Positions 1-9,131 of a stretch of 64,000 bases of DNA are shown here, in pieces; the stretch's first letter is position 1; each line of letters starts with the position of its first letter. Where the stretch lies: assembly GCA_963714015.1 (NCBI GenBank), contig OY970223.1:544001-608000 (forward strand), given 5' to 3'. The notes below the pieces were generated by a model, which saw only the letters and a list, made by a program, of their open reading frames with translations, searched no databases and was not told where the DNA came from. The translations under genes were made by a program, and so were the position numbers. Source of the DNA: Vulcanimicrobiota bacterium (GTDB lineage Bacteria > Vulcanimicrobiota > Vulcanimicrobiia > Vulcanimicrobiales > Vulcanimicrobiaceae).

Positions 1-70
1 GCGCAGCCGCCGATCAAACCGGTTTCAAAACCGGCACCGGTCCAAAAGCCGATCCCGAAGTCGCCTTCAC

Positions 71-790
71 TTAAGCCGATACGCTGATCGCTTCGCGAAG
101 ATCGATCGTGCCTTCGTAGAGCGCATTGCCCAAAATGCAAGCATCGACGTTGGAAGGAGCGCGCTCGCGAAGCTCGCGCACGTGATCGATCGTCCGGGCG
201 CCGCCGGCGGCGGTAATCTTGACTCCGGCAGTCTCCGCGACGGCGGCAAGCGCATCCAAATCAAAGCCCTCGCCGGTGCCGAACCTCGAGATTTCGGTGA
301 AAACTATACGGGTTACGCCCCACTGCACGACGCGGGCAACGAGCGCATCCCGATTGATCTGCGTCTCGTCCTGCCAGCCGCGAACTGAAACCACGTCGCC
401 CCACGCGTCGACCCCGGCAAAGACACGTTCGCCCAATTGGTGAATCATGTTGCGCGCGGCGCGTTCTTCTTCGACCAGCACCGTGCCCAAAATGACGTAT
501 GCTGCGCCGGCGTCCAGCATCGCTTGCGCTTGAGCGAGCGTACGGATTCCGCCGCCCACCTGAACCGGCACGCCGGCGGCACGGCAGATTGCCGCCAGTA
601 CGTCGGAGTTTTCGCCGGTTCCGAACGCGCGATCCAAATCGACCACGTGTAACTGGCGCGCCCCGGCCGCGACGAAACTTTTTGCCTGAGCAACCGGATC
701 GGTTTCATACGTCTTCTCGCGGGACGGATCGCCTTGCTGCATCCGCACTACCTTGCCGCCGCGGACGTCGATGGCCGGAATGACCAGCAT
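71..790 (-). CDS. hisA: HisA/ProFAR isomerase-family TIM-barrel protein
   Basis: Motifs IPAID..GKVVR, LHVVDLD, VQVGGGIR, GNALYEG. The usual RDG catalytic Asp reads RFG. Confidence 0.8.
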   Translation of the reverse strand: MLVIPAIDVRGGKVVRMQQGDPSREKTYETDPVAQAKSFVAAGARQLHVVDLDRAFGTGENSDVLAAICRAAGVPVQVGGGIRTLAQAQAMLDAGAAYVILGTVLVEEERAARNMIHQLGERVFAGVDAWGDVVSVRGWQDETQINRDALVARVVQWGVTRIVFTEISRFGTGEGFDLDALAAVAETAGVKITAAGGARTIDHVRELRERAPSNVDACILGNALYEGTIDLREAISVSA

Positions 791-798
791 GCGCGCGG

Positions 799-1968
799 TT
801 ATGCCTTACCGTTGGCCGTGCGCTGTTCGATAGCTTCGAACGGATGCACGGGCGGTCCGGAGTATGTCGCCTGCGGACGAATCAGGCGATTGTCGGCGAG
901 CTGCTCGAGAATGTGCGCCGTCCAGCCGGCGATGCGGCCGCACGCAAAGATCGGCGTGAACTCATCGCCGGGAAATCCTAGGCTGTAAAACAGCGGCGCG
1001 CTGTAGAAGTCGACATTCGCGTAGATGCGCTTATCCGGCTTGGTTTCCTGAAGCACCTTGTTTGAGGCGTCTTCAAGCGCGCGCGCGATTTTGTACCACT
1101 TGGGATCGGTCGTTTCACTGAGCTTTTTGGCCACAAGTTCCAAATGCTGCGCGCGCGGATCGCGCACTTTGTACTCGCGGTGACCCATGCCCATGATCCG
1201 CTCGCCGCGCGCCAGAACCTCACGCACGGATGTTTCGGCGCGCTCCGGTTTGCCGATCTCCAGCAATACGCGGCCGACTGCGCTCGCGGCACCCCCATGG
1301 GCTTCACCTTGCAACGTGGAGATCGCTGCGGTGACCGCGGCGTAGAGATCCGCTTTGGTCGAAGCGGTAACGCGCGCGGAGAAGGTGGACGCGTTGTACG
1401 AGTGATCCGCGAGCAGCACCAGATACGTGTCCATCGCGTCCTCGGCGACGGCGGTCGGCACCTCGCCGCGGCTCATATATAAAAAGTTAGCCGCCTGCGT
1501 GAGGTCCGTGCGGGGCTCGATCGGTTCGAGTCCCCGCCGGATGCGATCCCACATCGCAACGACGGTGGGAACCTTGGCAATCAACTCGATTGCGGTGTGC
1601 ACGTCGGAAATGTGCGCGCCTTTTGCGTCGACCGGAACGAACAGCGAGAGACCCGACACGATCGTCCGAAGCACGTCCATGGGCCACGCATCTTTAGGTG
1701 CCCGCTCCATGGCATTGATGAGCGGCTCGGGGATCATCCGACGGGACGCCAGTTCTTTTTTGAGGATGGCGAGTTCGCTCTTCGAGGGCAGATGGCCGTA
1801 GAGCAACAGATGGACGACTTCTTCGAAACACGCGTTCGGTGCGAGATCGTTGATGTCGTAGCCGCGGTAGGTCAGGCGCCCTTCCTTACCCTCAACGTTG
1901 CTGAGCAGCGTCTTCCCGACGACGACGCCTTCGAGACCGCGATCGACGACAATACCAGTGGTAGACAG
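799..1968 (-). CDS. gltA: Citrate synthase (2-methylcitrate synthase not excluded)
   Basis: GLEGVV, LTYRGY, DHSYNASTF, HGGA, GMGH, NVDFY. Start placed at CTG 1968, 8 nt after GGAGGA. Confidence 0.88.
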   Translation of the reverse strand: MSTTGIVVDRGLEGVVVGKTLLSNVEGKEGRLTYRGYDINDLAPNACFEEVVHLLLYGHLPSKSELAILKKELASRRMIPEPLINAMERAPKDAWPMDVLRTIVSGLSLFVPVDAKGAHISDVHTAIELIAKVPTVVAMWDRIRRGLEPIEPRTDLTQAANFLYMSRGEVPTAVAEDAMDTYLVLLADHSYNASTFSARVTASTKADLYAAVTAAISTLQGEAHGGAASAVGRVLLEIGKPERAETSVREVLARGERIMGMGHREYKVRDPRAQHLELVAKKLSETTDPKWYKIARALEDASNKVLQETKPDKRIYANVDFYSAPLFYSLGFPGDEFTPIFACGRIAGWTAHILEQLADNRLIRPQATYSGPPVHPFEAIEQRTANGKA

Positions 1969-2089
1969 TGTTTGGTTCCTCCGGCCCGGAGCATTCGGCG
2001 GGCCCGCGAGCCATCCCCACGGGCTTGCTCCGGTAGCCGGGCGGCTCGGGCTTAAAGTGACGTTAACCCGGCTCTGAGAAAATGAGCGC

Positions 2090-2521
2090 GTGGCCGTTGC
2101 CGACCTCATCGAAATTCAACGCGTGACACCGCTTCTGCGTTTACAGCAAGCGCTGCGCTCGCACGGCCCCACGCTGAACCTGCTTTTCGAATACGCGCGC
2201 GCCGCACCCGACGAAGAGTGGACCGTACGCGAAGCGTTTGCCGGAGCCATCGCCCTCGTTCTGCACGATCTCGTTCGCCGCTTTTGGAAAGACTGCGGCG
2301 CAAACAAGCATGATTGGAAGTCGATCGGCCCGCTTCTGGACGGGTATTCGATTCCACAGCTCCTTGCCGCGGCCGCCAAACATAACGGAAAGAAACATGG
2401 ACTGCGCAGCAACTCGGCTTGGCCGCTTCTTGAATTGCTGGGCACGGGCGGCGGCTACGCGCACATCGACGAAGCCGTTCGCGGATTCGCGGCCGCGCTC
2501 ACCGAGCGTTTAGGAACTTAA
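2090..2521 (+). CDS. Hypothetical protein
   Basis: 143-aa ORF with protein-like composition, divergent from gltA. No motif recognised. Confidence 0.55.
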   Translation: MAVADLIEIQRVTPLLRLQQALRSHGPTLNLLFEYARAAPDEEWTVREAFAGAIALVLHDLVRRFWKDCGANKHDWKSIGPLLDGYSIPQLLAAAAKHNGKKHGLRSNSAWPLLELLGTGGGYAHIDEAVRGFAAALTERLGT

Positions 2522-2687
2522 GCCTCGCTCAATCGATTCGGTGCGACGTTACGTTAAAGCGCCGAATTGCGTTCCGATACCTATTGCACGTTCGCATGCG
2601 GAATGTTCGGGCGAAGGCGCCATCGCGTACGTTGCGGATCACGCCAACGGATCGATCTATGCGTTCGTCCGGCCGGCATGCCGGCTG

Positions 2688-3644
2688 CTATTCGGGCGCG
2701 TCGTCGACGTGCTGCGCGTACTCGCGCGGATTGAAATACCAGCTCGGGAGCGAACTCGGGAACTGAATGTCGTTATAGTCGAACGTAACCTTCTGCCCGT
2801 CTCCGGTATAGATCTTATCCTCGGTGATCGTGCCGCTCTTGTCCGTGTGAATAATGGGCATCACGGTGCCGTCCAAATGCGTGATTACGACGTAGCCGTC
2901 GAGATAGCCGAGCGTGTAGTCGAAGATCACCGGATAGATGTCGTCTCCTTGAACGAACAGGCGGTCATGGGCGATAATCTTGCGCAGAACGAAGGTCTTT
3001 TTGTCGACCCAGATCTGACGCAGCACGTTGCGCTCGGGATCGCGGCGCGGTTCGAGCCAAAGATGCAGCATGTCGCCTTCAACCGCGACCTTAGGAACGT
3101 TGTAATCGAATTCGCCGACGACGACGACCGCTGAGATCGTTTTGAGAGGTCCGTTGGTCGGCTCCGGCGTGGGCACGACGTTTATGGGCTGCGGATGCGC
3201 CGGCTCGAACAGGTCGGCCGTCGGCGGTCCCGGGTCGCGATCCTGATTGAGCGCCGGTCGATCGAAATTCAGCGGTCCGTCGGTATCGCCGCGGTCGACT
3301 TGGCGGTACAGCGCAGCGCGATCGGTATTACGAACCCAGTATTTGCGCGTATACGAACTGGCGTAATCCGGAAGCGGCGTGGAATCGGGACCGACGCTGT
3401 AATTGGTGTTCTGCGCGCGCACGAGCGTGTAGGTTTCGTACGCCGGAGGCGGGCGGTGCAGTCGATAAACACGCCGGATGTAACCGAGAAGGCGCACCGG
3501 CGTAAGCGTCTGATAAGGCGGAAGCGGCAATTCGGCTTGAGGATCCGCGCTCGTTTTTACGCGCGGGATCGAAAACGCGGCCGCAATCAATGCCGCGGCG
3601 AACACGGCAATGCCGGCGCGCCGGAGGGGCGATCCAGTACTCAT
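2688..3644 (-). CDS. Secreted hypothetical protein, possibly LolA/RseB-like fold
   Basis: Signal peptide. HLWLEP..DP...LRQIWVD..T...RK motif shared with 27400..28092. Confidence 0.7.
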   Translation of the reverse strand: MSTGSPLRRAGIAVFAAALIAAAFSIPRVKTSADPQAELPLPPYQTLTPVRLLGYIRRVYRLHRPPPAYETYTLVRAQNTNYSVGPDSTPLPDYASSYTRKYWVRNTDRAALYRQVDRGDTDGPLNFDRPALNQDRDPGPPTADLFEPAHPQPINVVPTPEPTNGPLKTISAVVVVGEFDYNVPKVAVEGDMLHLWLEPRRDPERNVLRQIWVDKKTFVLRKIIAHDRLFVQGDDIYPVIFDYTLGYLDGYVVITHLDGTVMPIIHTDKSGTITEDKIYTGDGQKVTFDYNDIQFPSSLPSWYFNPREYAQHVDDAPE

Positions 3645-3694
3645 GTCTGTGGTACAACGTACGGGAGGGGCACGAAGTTACATCCCGGCAGAGC

Positions 3695-4642
3695 CTAACG
3701 CGACAGAACGCGTTCGCCTGCGCGGGCAAGCGCGTACCCGACCAGCCGGTCGACCAGTGCCCCGTATGAGATTCCGGCCGCTCCGCACGCGTCCGGTATG
3801 AGGCTGGTCGGCGTAAGGCCGGGCAAAGAGTTTATCTCCAGGATATAAGGGCGGCCTTCTTTGCTGACGATGAAATCGCAGCGGGAGTAGTCGCGCAATC
3901 CGACGAGCCGGTGCACGGAAAGCGCCAGCATTTGCACGCGCGCGGCCAAATCAGGATCGATGCGCGCGGGGACGACGTGCGTACTCCCGCCGGCGCCGTA
4001 CTTTGCGTCGTAAGTATAAAATTCGTCTTTGGTCGGAATGACTTCGATGACGGGCAACGCATCCTCACCGAGGATCGCGCAGTGCAGTTCGCGACCGCCG
4101 ACAAACTCCTCCGCAATCACTTCGGTGTACTCTTCGGCCGCTGCCAGCATTGCCTTAGTCCATTGTTCGTGCGTATGCACGATCGTGACGCCGACGCTGC
4201 TGCCTTCGTACCTGGGCTTGATGACGAGCGGCAGATCGAGGGAACCGGGAAGCAGCGGCAGCGTACCCCCGGTGAGATCGAACAGATCCCATGCGGGCGT
4301 CGGCAGCCCTTCGGCCGCGCAGAGTTTCTTGGTGAGGTGTTTGTCCATCGCGATGGCCGACGCTTCTATGCCGCTTCCGGTGTACGGGATGTTCAAATGC
4401 TCGAGAATGCCTTGGATTTGTCCGTTCTCGCCGCCCGGGCCGTGGAGCGCGATAAACGTCACGTCCGGTGCGATCTCGCGAATGGCATCCACGAACCGCA
4501 CGTCGTAGTCGAGCGACTTGGTCTCGTAGCCGAGATCGTTCAGTGCGCGCAGCACGCCCGATCCGCTTTGAATCGAGATCTCGCGTTCGGCGCTGTTGCC
4601 GCCCATCACGACGGCGACGCTGCCCTTCGAAGTTCTAGTCAA
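3695..4642 (-). CDS. ddl: D-alanine--D-alanine ligase
   Basis: GGNSAEREIS, ALHGPGGENG, EGSSVG, YDAKY, EINSLPG. TTG start overlaps the murB stop. Confidence 0.95.
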   Translation of the reverse strand: MTRTSKGSVAVVMGGNSAEREISIQSGSGVLRALNDLGYETKSLDYDVRFVDAIREIAPDVTFIALHGPGGENGQIQGILEHLNIPYTGSGIEASAIAMDKHLTKKLCAAEGLPTPAWDLFDLTGGTLPLLPGSLDLPLVIKPRYEGSSVGVTIVHTHEQWTKAMLAAAEEYTEVIAEEFVGGRELHCAILGEDALPVIEVIPTKDEFYTYDAKYGAGGSTHVVPARIDPDLAARVQMLALSVHRLVGLRDYSRCDFIVSKEGRPYILEINSLPGLTPTSLIPDACGAAGISYGALVDRLVGYALARAGERVLSR

Positions 4643-5601
4643 GTGACCGGCTCCGTATCGATGAAGACGCCGACGAGATGCACTTCGAGCTCGAGTTCGA
4701 CGCTGAAGCGCTCCGCCACGGCTCGGCGCACGCGCGCCAGCAGCGCCGCGACGTCGCACGCGCGCGCATTCGCGACGTTGTTGATGAAATTTGCATGCAG
4801 CGGCGAGACTTCCGCGCCACCCTGACGCCACCCCTTAGCGCCGGCCGCTTCGATCAACCGAGCCGCCTTTTCGCCCCGAGGATTCCGAAAACAGGAACCC
4901 GCGTTCGGAAGCGCGATGGGTTGCGTGTTTTTGCGCCGCACGAGCCGGTGCTGCACTTCCTCGCGCACCATTTTGGCTTCGCCGCGTTCGAATTGCAATG
5001 TGACGCGCGTGACCACGGCGTCTCGCGCCAGTGAGGTGTGGCGGTAATAATATTGCACGCTGACCGGATGCGGATCGGCTTTCGCCGGCGATTGCACCCA
5101 TACGTCCATGACGAAATCGCCGATCTCTTTGTCGGTCCCCGCGTTCATACGCAACGAACCGCCGACGCTTCCCGGAATTCCGGCGAGCGAACCGATGCCG
5201 GTAGCGCCGGCACTCGCGGCTTTTGCAGTCAATTGCGCCATATTTGCGGATGCACCGGCGTATACCAGCACTGCGTCTTGCGAAGCGTCGATGCGAATCT
5301 GCGCAAACTCTCCTGCCAGTCGCAAAACCAAACCACGAATTCCGCCATCCCCGACCAGCAAATTGCTTCCGCTGCCCAGGACGAACCACGGGGTCTTGCG
5401 CTTGCAGCAGAACCGCATGATTTGCGCGAGGGCTGCTTCGTTTTGGACTGTCACCAGCGCATCGGCGGGACCGCCGACTCGCCACGACGTGTAGGGCGCC
5501 AGCGGCTCGTCAAAAGCTGCGTTCGCTCCGGCGATGCCCGTCAGGATCTCGCGATCGCCCGAGGAAAGGACGCTCTCGAGCGCTACTGACACGGCGCTCA
5601 T
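4639..5601 (-). CDS. murB: UDP-N-acetylenolpyruvoylglucosamine reductase
   Basis: VGGPAD, GSGSNLL, IPGSVGG..MNAG, AGSCFRNP, HANF, LELEV. Confidence 0.95.
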   Translation of the reverse strand: MSAVSVALESVLSSGDREILTGIAGANAAFDEPLAPYTSWRVGGPADALVTVQNEAALAQIMRFCCKRKTPWFVLGSGSNLLVGDGGIRGLVLRLAGEFAQIRIDASQDAVLVYAGASANMAQLTAKAASAGATGIGSLAGIPGSVGGSLRMNAGTDKEIGDFVMDVWVQSPAKADPHPVSVQYYYRHTSLARDAVVTRVTLQFERGEAKMVREEVQHRLVRRKNTQPIALPNAGSCFRNPRGEKAARLIEAAGAKGWRQGGAEVSPLHANFINNVANARACDVAALLARVRRAVAERFSVELELEVHLVGVFIDTEPVT

Positions 5602-6968
5602 GCGCCGGCCGCTTGCGGAATACCGGCCGCGAGCTGTGCGGCGACGTTCGTGATGTTGCCGGCGCCGAGCATCAAGACGAGCGCTCCAGGCGGCGCATCG
5701 CTCGCCAGGATATCGCGCAAATCCTCGACGGCTTTGACGTAATACACCGGTTTGCCGAGAGCCTGGAGGGGCTGGCCGATGTTGCGTTCGCTCACACCTT
5801 GGATGGGCGCTTCGCTGGCCGCGTAGATTGGGGCCAAGTATACTGCGTCGGCGCCTTGCAGCGCTTCGGCGAACTCACGCGCGAGATGGGCAGTTCGAGT
5901 GTACCGATGCGGCTGGAAAGCAACCAATACCGGACCGGAATGGTACAGACGCGCTGCGGCGATCGTTGCTCGAACAGCGGTCGGATGGTGCGCGTAATCG
6001 TCCACGACCGTGAAGCGGCTGCGCTTTGCGAGGATTTCGAAACGGCGGCGCACGCCGCGAAAGTCCTTCAGCGCTTCGGCGATCTTCAGGAACGGTATGC
6101 CCAGTTCGCGCGCCACCGCGATCGCGGCCAGCGCGTTCTGCACGTTGATTTCCCCCGGCACCTGGAGTTTTGCAGTACCCAAGCACACGCCGCCGGAGAC
6201 GACGTCGAAGGACGATCCGAAATCCGCGAAACGGACGTTCACTGCCCGCAGATCCGCTTCGGGGCGAAGTCCGTACGTTTGCGTTCGAGCGCGCCGCGTG
6301 CCTTGCGCGACGGTACGGCTGTGCAGGTTGTCGATGCCGACGATCGCGGCGCCGCCTTCGGGCAGTTTGCTCAAGAACGCGTCGAAGGCCTCGACCAACT
6401 GCGGAAGTTCGGCATCGGATGCCAAGTGATCGTTCTCGATGTTCGTTACGACGGCGATCGCCGGTTCGAGCAGTGCAAACGAGCCGTCGGACTCGTCCGC
6501 TTCCGTCAAAAACCATGGCGCGCTTCCATGGTGCGCATTCGTTCCGGTGAGTGCGTCGATTCCACCAAGGACCAAACTCGCGTCGATCCCGCAGCCGCGT
6601 AAAACCGTAGCGGTCATGGCAGTACTCGTCGTCTTGCCGTGCGTTCCGCAGATCGCGATGCCGCGCAATCCTTCCATGATGCGGCGCAGCATTTCCCCGC
6701 GTCGCACGATCGGCACGTCCCATTCGAGCGCGTGCCGGTATTCGGGATTCTGCGGATCGATTGCCGAACTCACGACGACGGTGCTTGCATTCACGTTGCG
6801 AGCATCGTGACCGATCGTTATCGCCGCACCTTGCTCGCGAAGCGCATCGATCAGCGGCGATTCCGCAACGTCGGAGCCGGTGATTCGCTCGCCGCGCGAG
6901 AGCAAAATCGAAGCGATGGCGCTCATACCGATGCCCCCGACACCGACGAAATGCAGAGAGTTGCTCAC
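5598..6968 (-). CDS. murC: UDP-N-acetylmuramate--L-alanine ligase
   Basis: HFVGVGGIGMS, GTHGKTT, EADESDGS, DDYAHHP, FQPHRY. GTG start overlaps the murG stop. Confidence 0.95.
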   Translation of the reverse strand: MSNSLHFVGVGGIGMSAIASILLSRGERITGSDVAESPLIDALREQGAAITIGHDARNVNASTVVVSSAIDPQNPEYRHALEWDVPIVRRGEMLRRIMEGLRGIAICGTHGKTTSTAMTATVLRGCGIDASLVLGGIDALTGTNAHHGSAPWFLTEADESDGSFALLEPAIAVVTNIENDHLASDAELPQLVEAFDAFLSKLPEGGAAIVGIDNLHSRTVAQGTRRARTQTYGLRPEADLRAVNVRFADFGSSFDVVSGGVCLGTAKLQVPGEINVQNALAAIAVARELGIPFLKIAEALKDFRGVRRRFEILAKRSRFTVVDDYAHHPTAVRATIAAARLYHSGPVLVAFQPHRYTRTAHLAREFAEALQGADAVYLAPIYAASEAPIQGVSERNIGQPLQALGKPVYYVKAVEDLRDILASDAPPGALVLMLGAGNITNVAAQLAAGIPQAAGA

Positions 6969-8080
6969 GCGGCTCTCCTTCGCGCCGCCAGGCCGTCTAT
7001 CCGTGCGACGATCGTCGCAACGGGATCGCCCCCGCCAAGCGAGCGTGCCGCAGCGCGCATTTCGGCAAGCCGCGAGGGCTCCATCGCGTTGCGCAGCGTC
7101 CACCAAAGCGAGTCGGCGTTCAGTTTGGAATCTTCAATGACGATCGCCGCACCGCTCGCCTCGAATACTGCGGCGTTACGCGCCTGATGATCCTCGGAGG
7201 CGAACGGATACGGAATCAGAATGGAAGGCGCTCCCAATGCCGCAAGTTCGCCGATCGTCGACGCACCGGCCCGTGCAACGACCAGCTCCGCTACGGCGTA
7301 CGCATCCGCCATCTCGGTGAGATACGGCACGAGTTTGACGAAATTTCCGCCGAACGTGTCCCGCTCCTCGGCGCGCATGTATTCGTAGTCGCGCTCACCG
7401 GCGACGTGCAGTATCTGCCAATCGTTCGGAAGCGCCCGTCGCGTCACCAGGGCAGCCACGGTTTCATTTATCGAGCGCGCGCCCTGACTTCCACCGATCG
7501 CCAAAATCGTGCGGCGGGACGGATCGAGGCCTAGACGACGCGCCGCTTCGACCCGGTTGTTCGGGCGAAGCAGTGAGGCGCGCACCGGGATCCCGGTATG
7601 CACGAACTTGTGAGCAAGTGCGCCGTCGGGCTGTGCGAACGCGCCCCAAACTTCGTCGACCATCGGCGCCAGGAGGCGATTCGTCAAACCGGGCTGAGCA
7701 TTCGGCTCGAGCAGCGCGAATCGCGCGCGCAGACGCCCGGCGGAACGCAGAACCTTGGCGGCCGCGATGACCGGAAAGCAGACATAGCCCCCGGTGGCGA
7801 TGACGACGTCGGGATCGAAACGCACGAGCGCGCGCATTGCCTGTGCGATTCCGGCAAGATTTGCCCAAGCAGTGCCGATCAGTGCGAGCGAGAGGCGGCG
7901 GCGAAGCGGGCGGCTCGAGATCGTCTCGAGTTCGTAGCCCGCAGAAGGAATGATGCTCGTCTCCAAACGGCCGTTCGTACCGATGAAGCGGATTTGCGCC
8001 CGCGATCGAATCGCGTCGGCAAGCGCGATGGCCGGATAGAGATGGCCGCCCGTGCCTCCCCCGGCAAAGATCACTTTCAT
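6965..8080 (-). CDS. murG: Lipid II N-acetylglucosaminyltransferase
   Basis: GGGTGGHLYP, TGGYV, GGSQGA, RAGAST, HQ..NA. Confidence 0.95.
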   Translation of the reverse strand: MKVIFAGGGTGGHLYPAIALADAIRSRAQIRFIGTNGRLETSIIPSAGYELETISSRPLRRRLSLALIGTAWANLAGIAQAMRALVRFDPDVVIATGGYVCFPVIAAAKVLRSAGRLRARFALLEPNAQPGLTNRLLAPMVDEVWGAFAQPDGALAHKFVHTGIPVRASLLRPNNRVEAARRLGLDPSRRTILAIGGSQGARSINETVAALVTRRALPNDWQILHVAGERDYEYMRAEERDTFGGNFVKLVPYLTEMADAYAVAELVVARAGASTIGELAALGAPSILIPYPFASEDHQARNAAVFEASGAAIVIEDSKLNADSLWWTLRNAMEPSRLAEMRAAARSLGGGDPVATIVARIDGLAARRRAA

Positions 8081-9126
8081 GCCGCTTCGGAATTCCAGAG
8101 CAAGTCCTGTGCGTGCCCGTCGGATCTCGCCACCAGCACGTCGCTTCCCCCGGGCCATAGCGTCATGGTCGTCTCGTACGAAAGGTTGAGCGCCGGCGGC
8201 TCCATGCGTACCCATGCGAACGGCGCTCGTTCGCTCGCGCGCGCGCCAATCTCCCGCACGTCGCGCTCGAGATCGCGCCGCTGCGCAGGAGTGAGGTGCT
8301 CGACCATGACGGTGTGCATGACGATCGTGGTGAAACCGGGCTTTGGAAGCGCGACCTCGGCCATCCATCGGATGCCGTCCGCTCGATCGATGCTGACGGG
8401 ATGCTCGCGCGCTATAGCGATTGCCCGCTCGACGCGGTCGAAGCGATCGCGCTGATCCGGCCATACGAAACTCAAGAGACGCGCAGCGTCCGAAGTTTTG
8501 CGCACGTCGAGCGGATGCACATCGCATCCGCGCCGCTCGACAACCTCGAGCGGCACTTCCAAATACGGAGGGGCGCCTTCGAGTGTCCGGTTGTTCAGCG
8601 TCAAACCGGAGTTTGCGCCGCCCCATGTCCACCCATCGCCGGTATGCCGGTAGCGGTCGAAGTTGAGCACGAGTCCGGCGCTCGAGCCGATTTCGAAGAT
8701 GCGCAGCGGCAGCTGCGTCAAACCGGCCACCCGCAGCACGGCGGCTAAGATCGGCGTCGCGCGCGCGACTTCATTCGTCTGAACGGTCAGCCGCAGTTGC
8801 TCTTCGTACTGCGCGAAGTGATGCTGCAAGTCGTCGGCGGTTGCGCGCCACGCGGCAGCAGGATCGCCGTCTCCGCCTGTGGATGGAAAGTGCGATGCAA
8901 GCGCCGGCGCAAGTTTGAGCAGCGCCCGGTAATGCGCAGCGCCGGCCAGCAGAAGTCCCGGTCTCGTGCGGTGAGCGTGACGGTCCAGCAGCCGGCGAAC
9001 GGCACCGCCCGATTCGTACGACGCTGCGGCATCGCGCAAGAGTGCGCCGTAGAACGGCGAGCCCATTGACGCGCAGGCCGCGGCTTGCAGCCGCAGGCGC
9101 TCCGCGATTCCGCCTTGCGCCTCCAT
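8077..9126 (-). CDS. DUF2332-family protein
   Basis: GSPFY, QTNEVAR, EIGSSAGL..NFDRY, RRGCD..P, RLLSFVWPDQ..R. Confidence 0.8.
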   Translation of the reverse strand: MEAQGGIAERLRLQAAACASMGSPFYGALLRDAAASYESGGAVRRLLDRHAHRTRPGLLLAGAAHYRALLKLAPALASHFPSTGGDGDPAAAWRATADDLQHHFAQYEEQLRLTVQTNEVARATPILAAVLRVAGLTQLPLRIFEIGSSAGLVLNFDRYRHTGDGWTWGGANSGLTLNNRTLEGAPPYLEVPLEVVERRGCDVHPLDVRKTSDAARLLSFVWPDQRDRFDRVERAIAIAREHPVSIDRADGIRWMAEVALPKPGFTTIVMHTVMVEHLTPAQRRDLERDVREIGARASERAPFAWVRMEPPALNLSYETTMTLWPGGSDVLVARSDGHAQDLLWNSEAA

Positions 9127-9131
9127 TGAAA

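Noticed and set aside
1..70. Gene start downstream of hisA
   Set aside because: The GTG frame closes after 18 codons; too little sequence at the edge.
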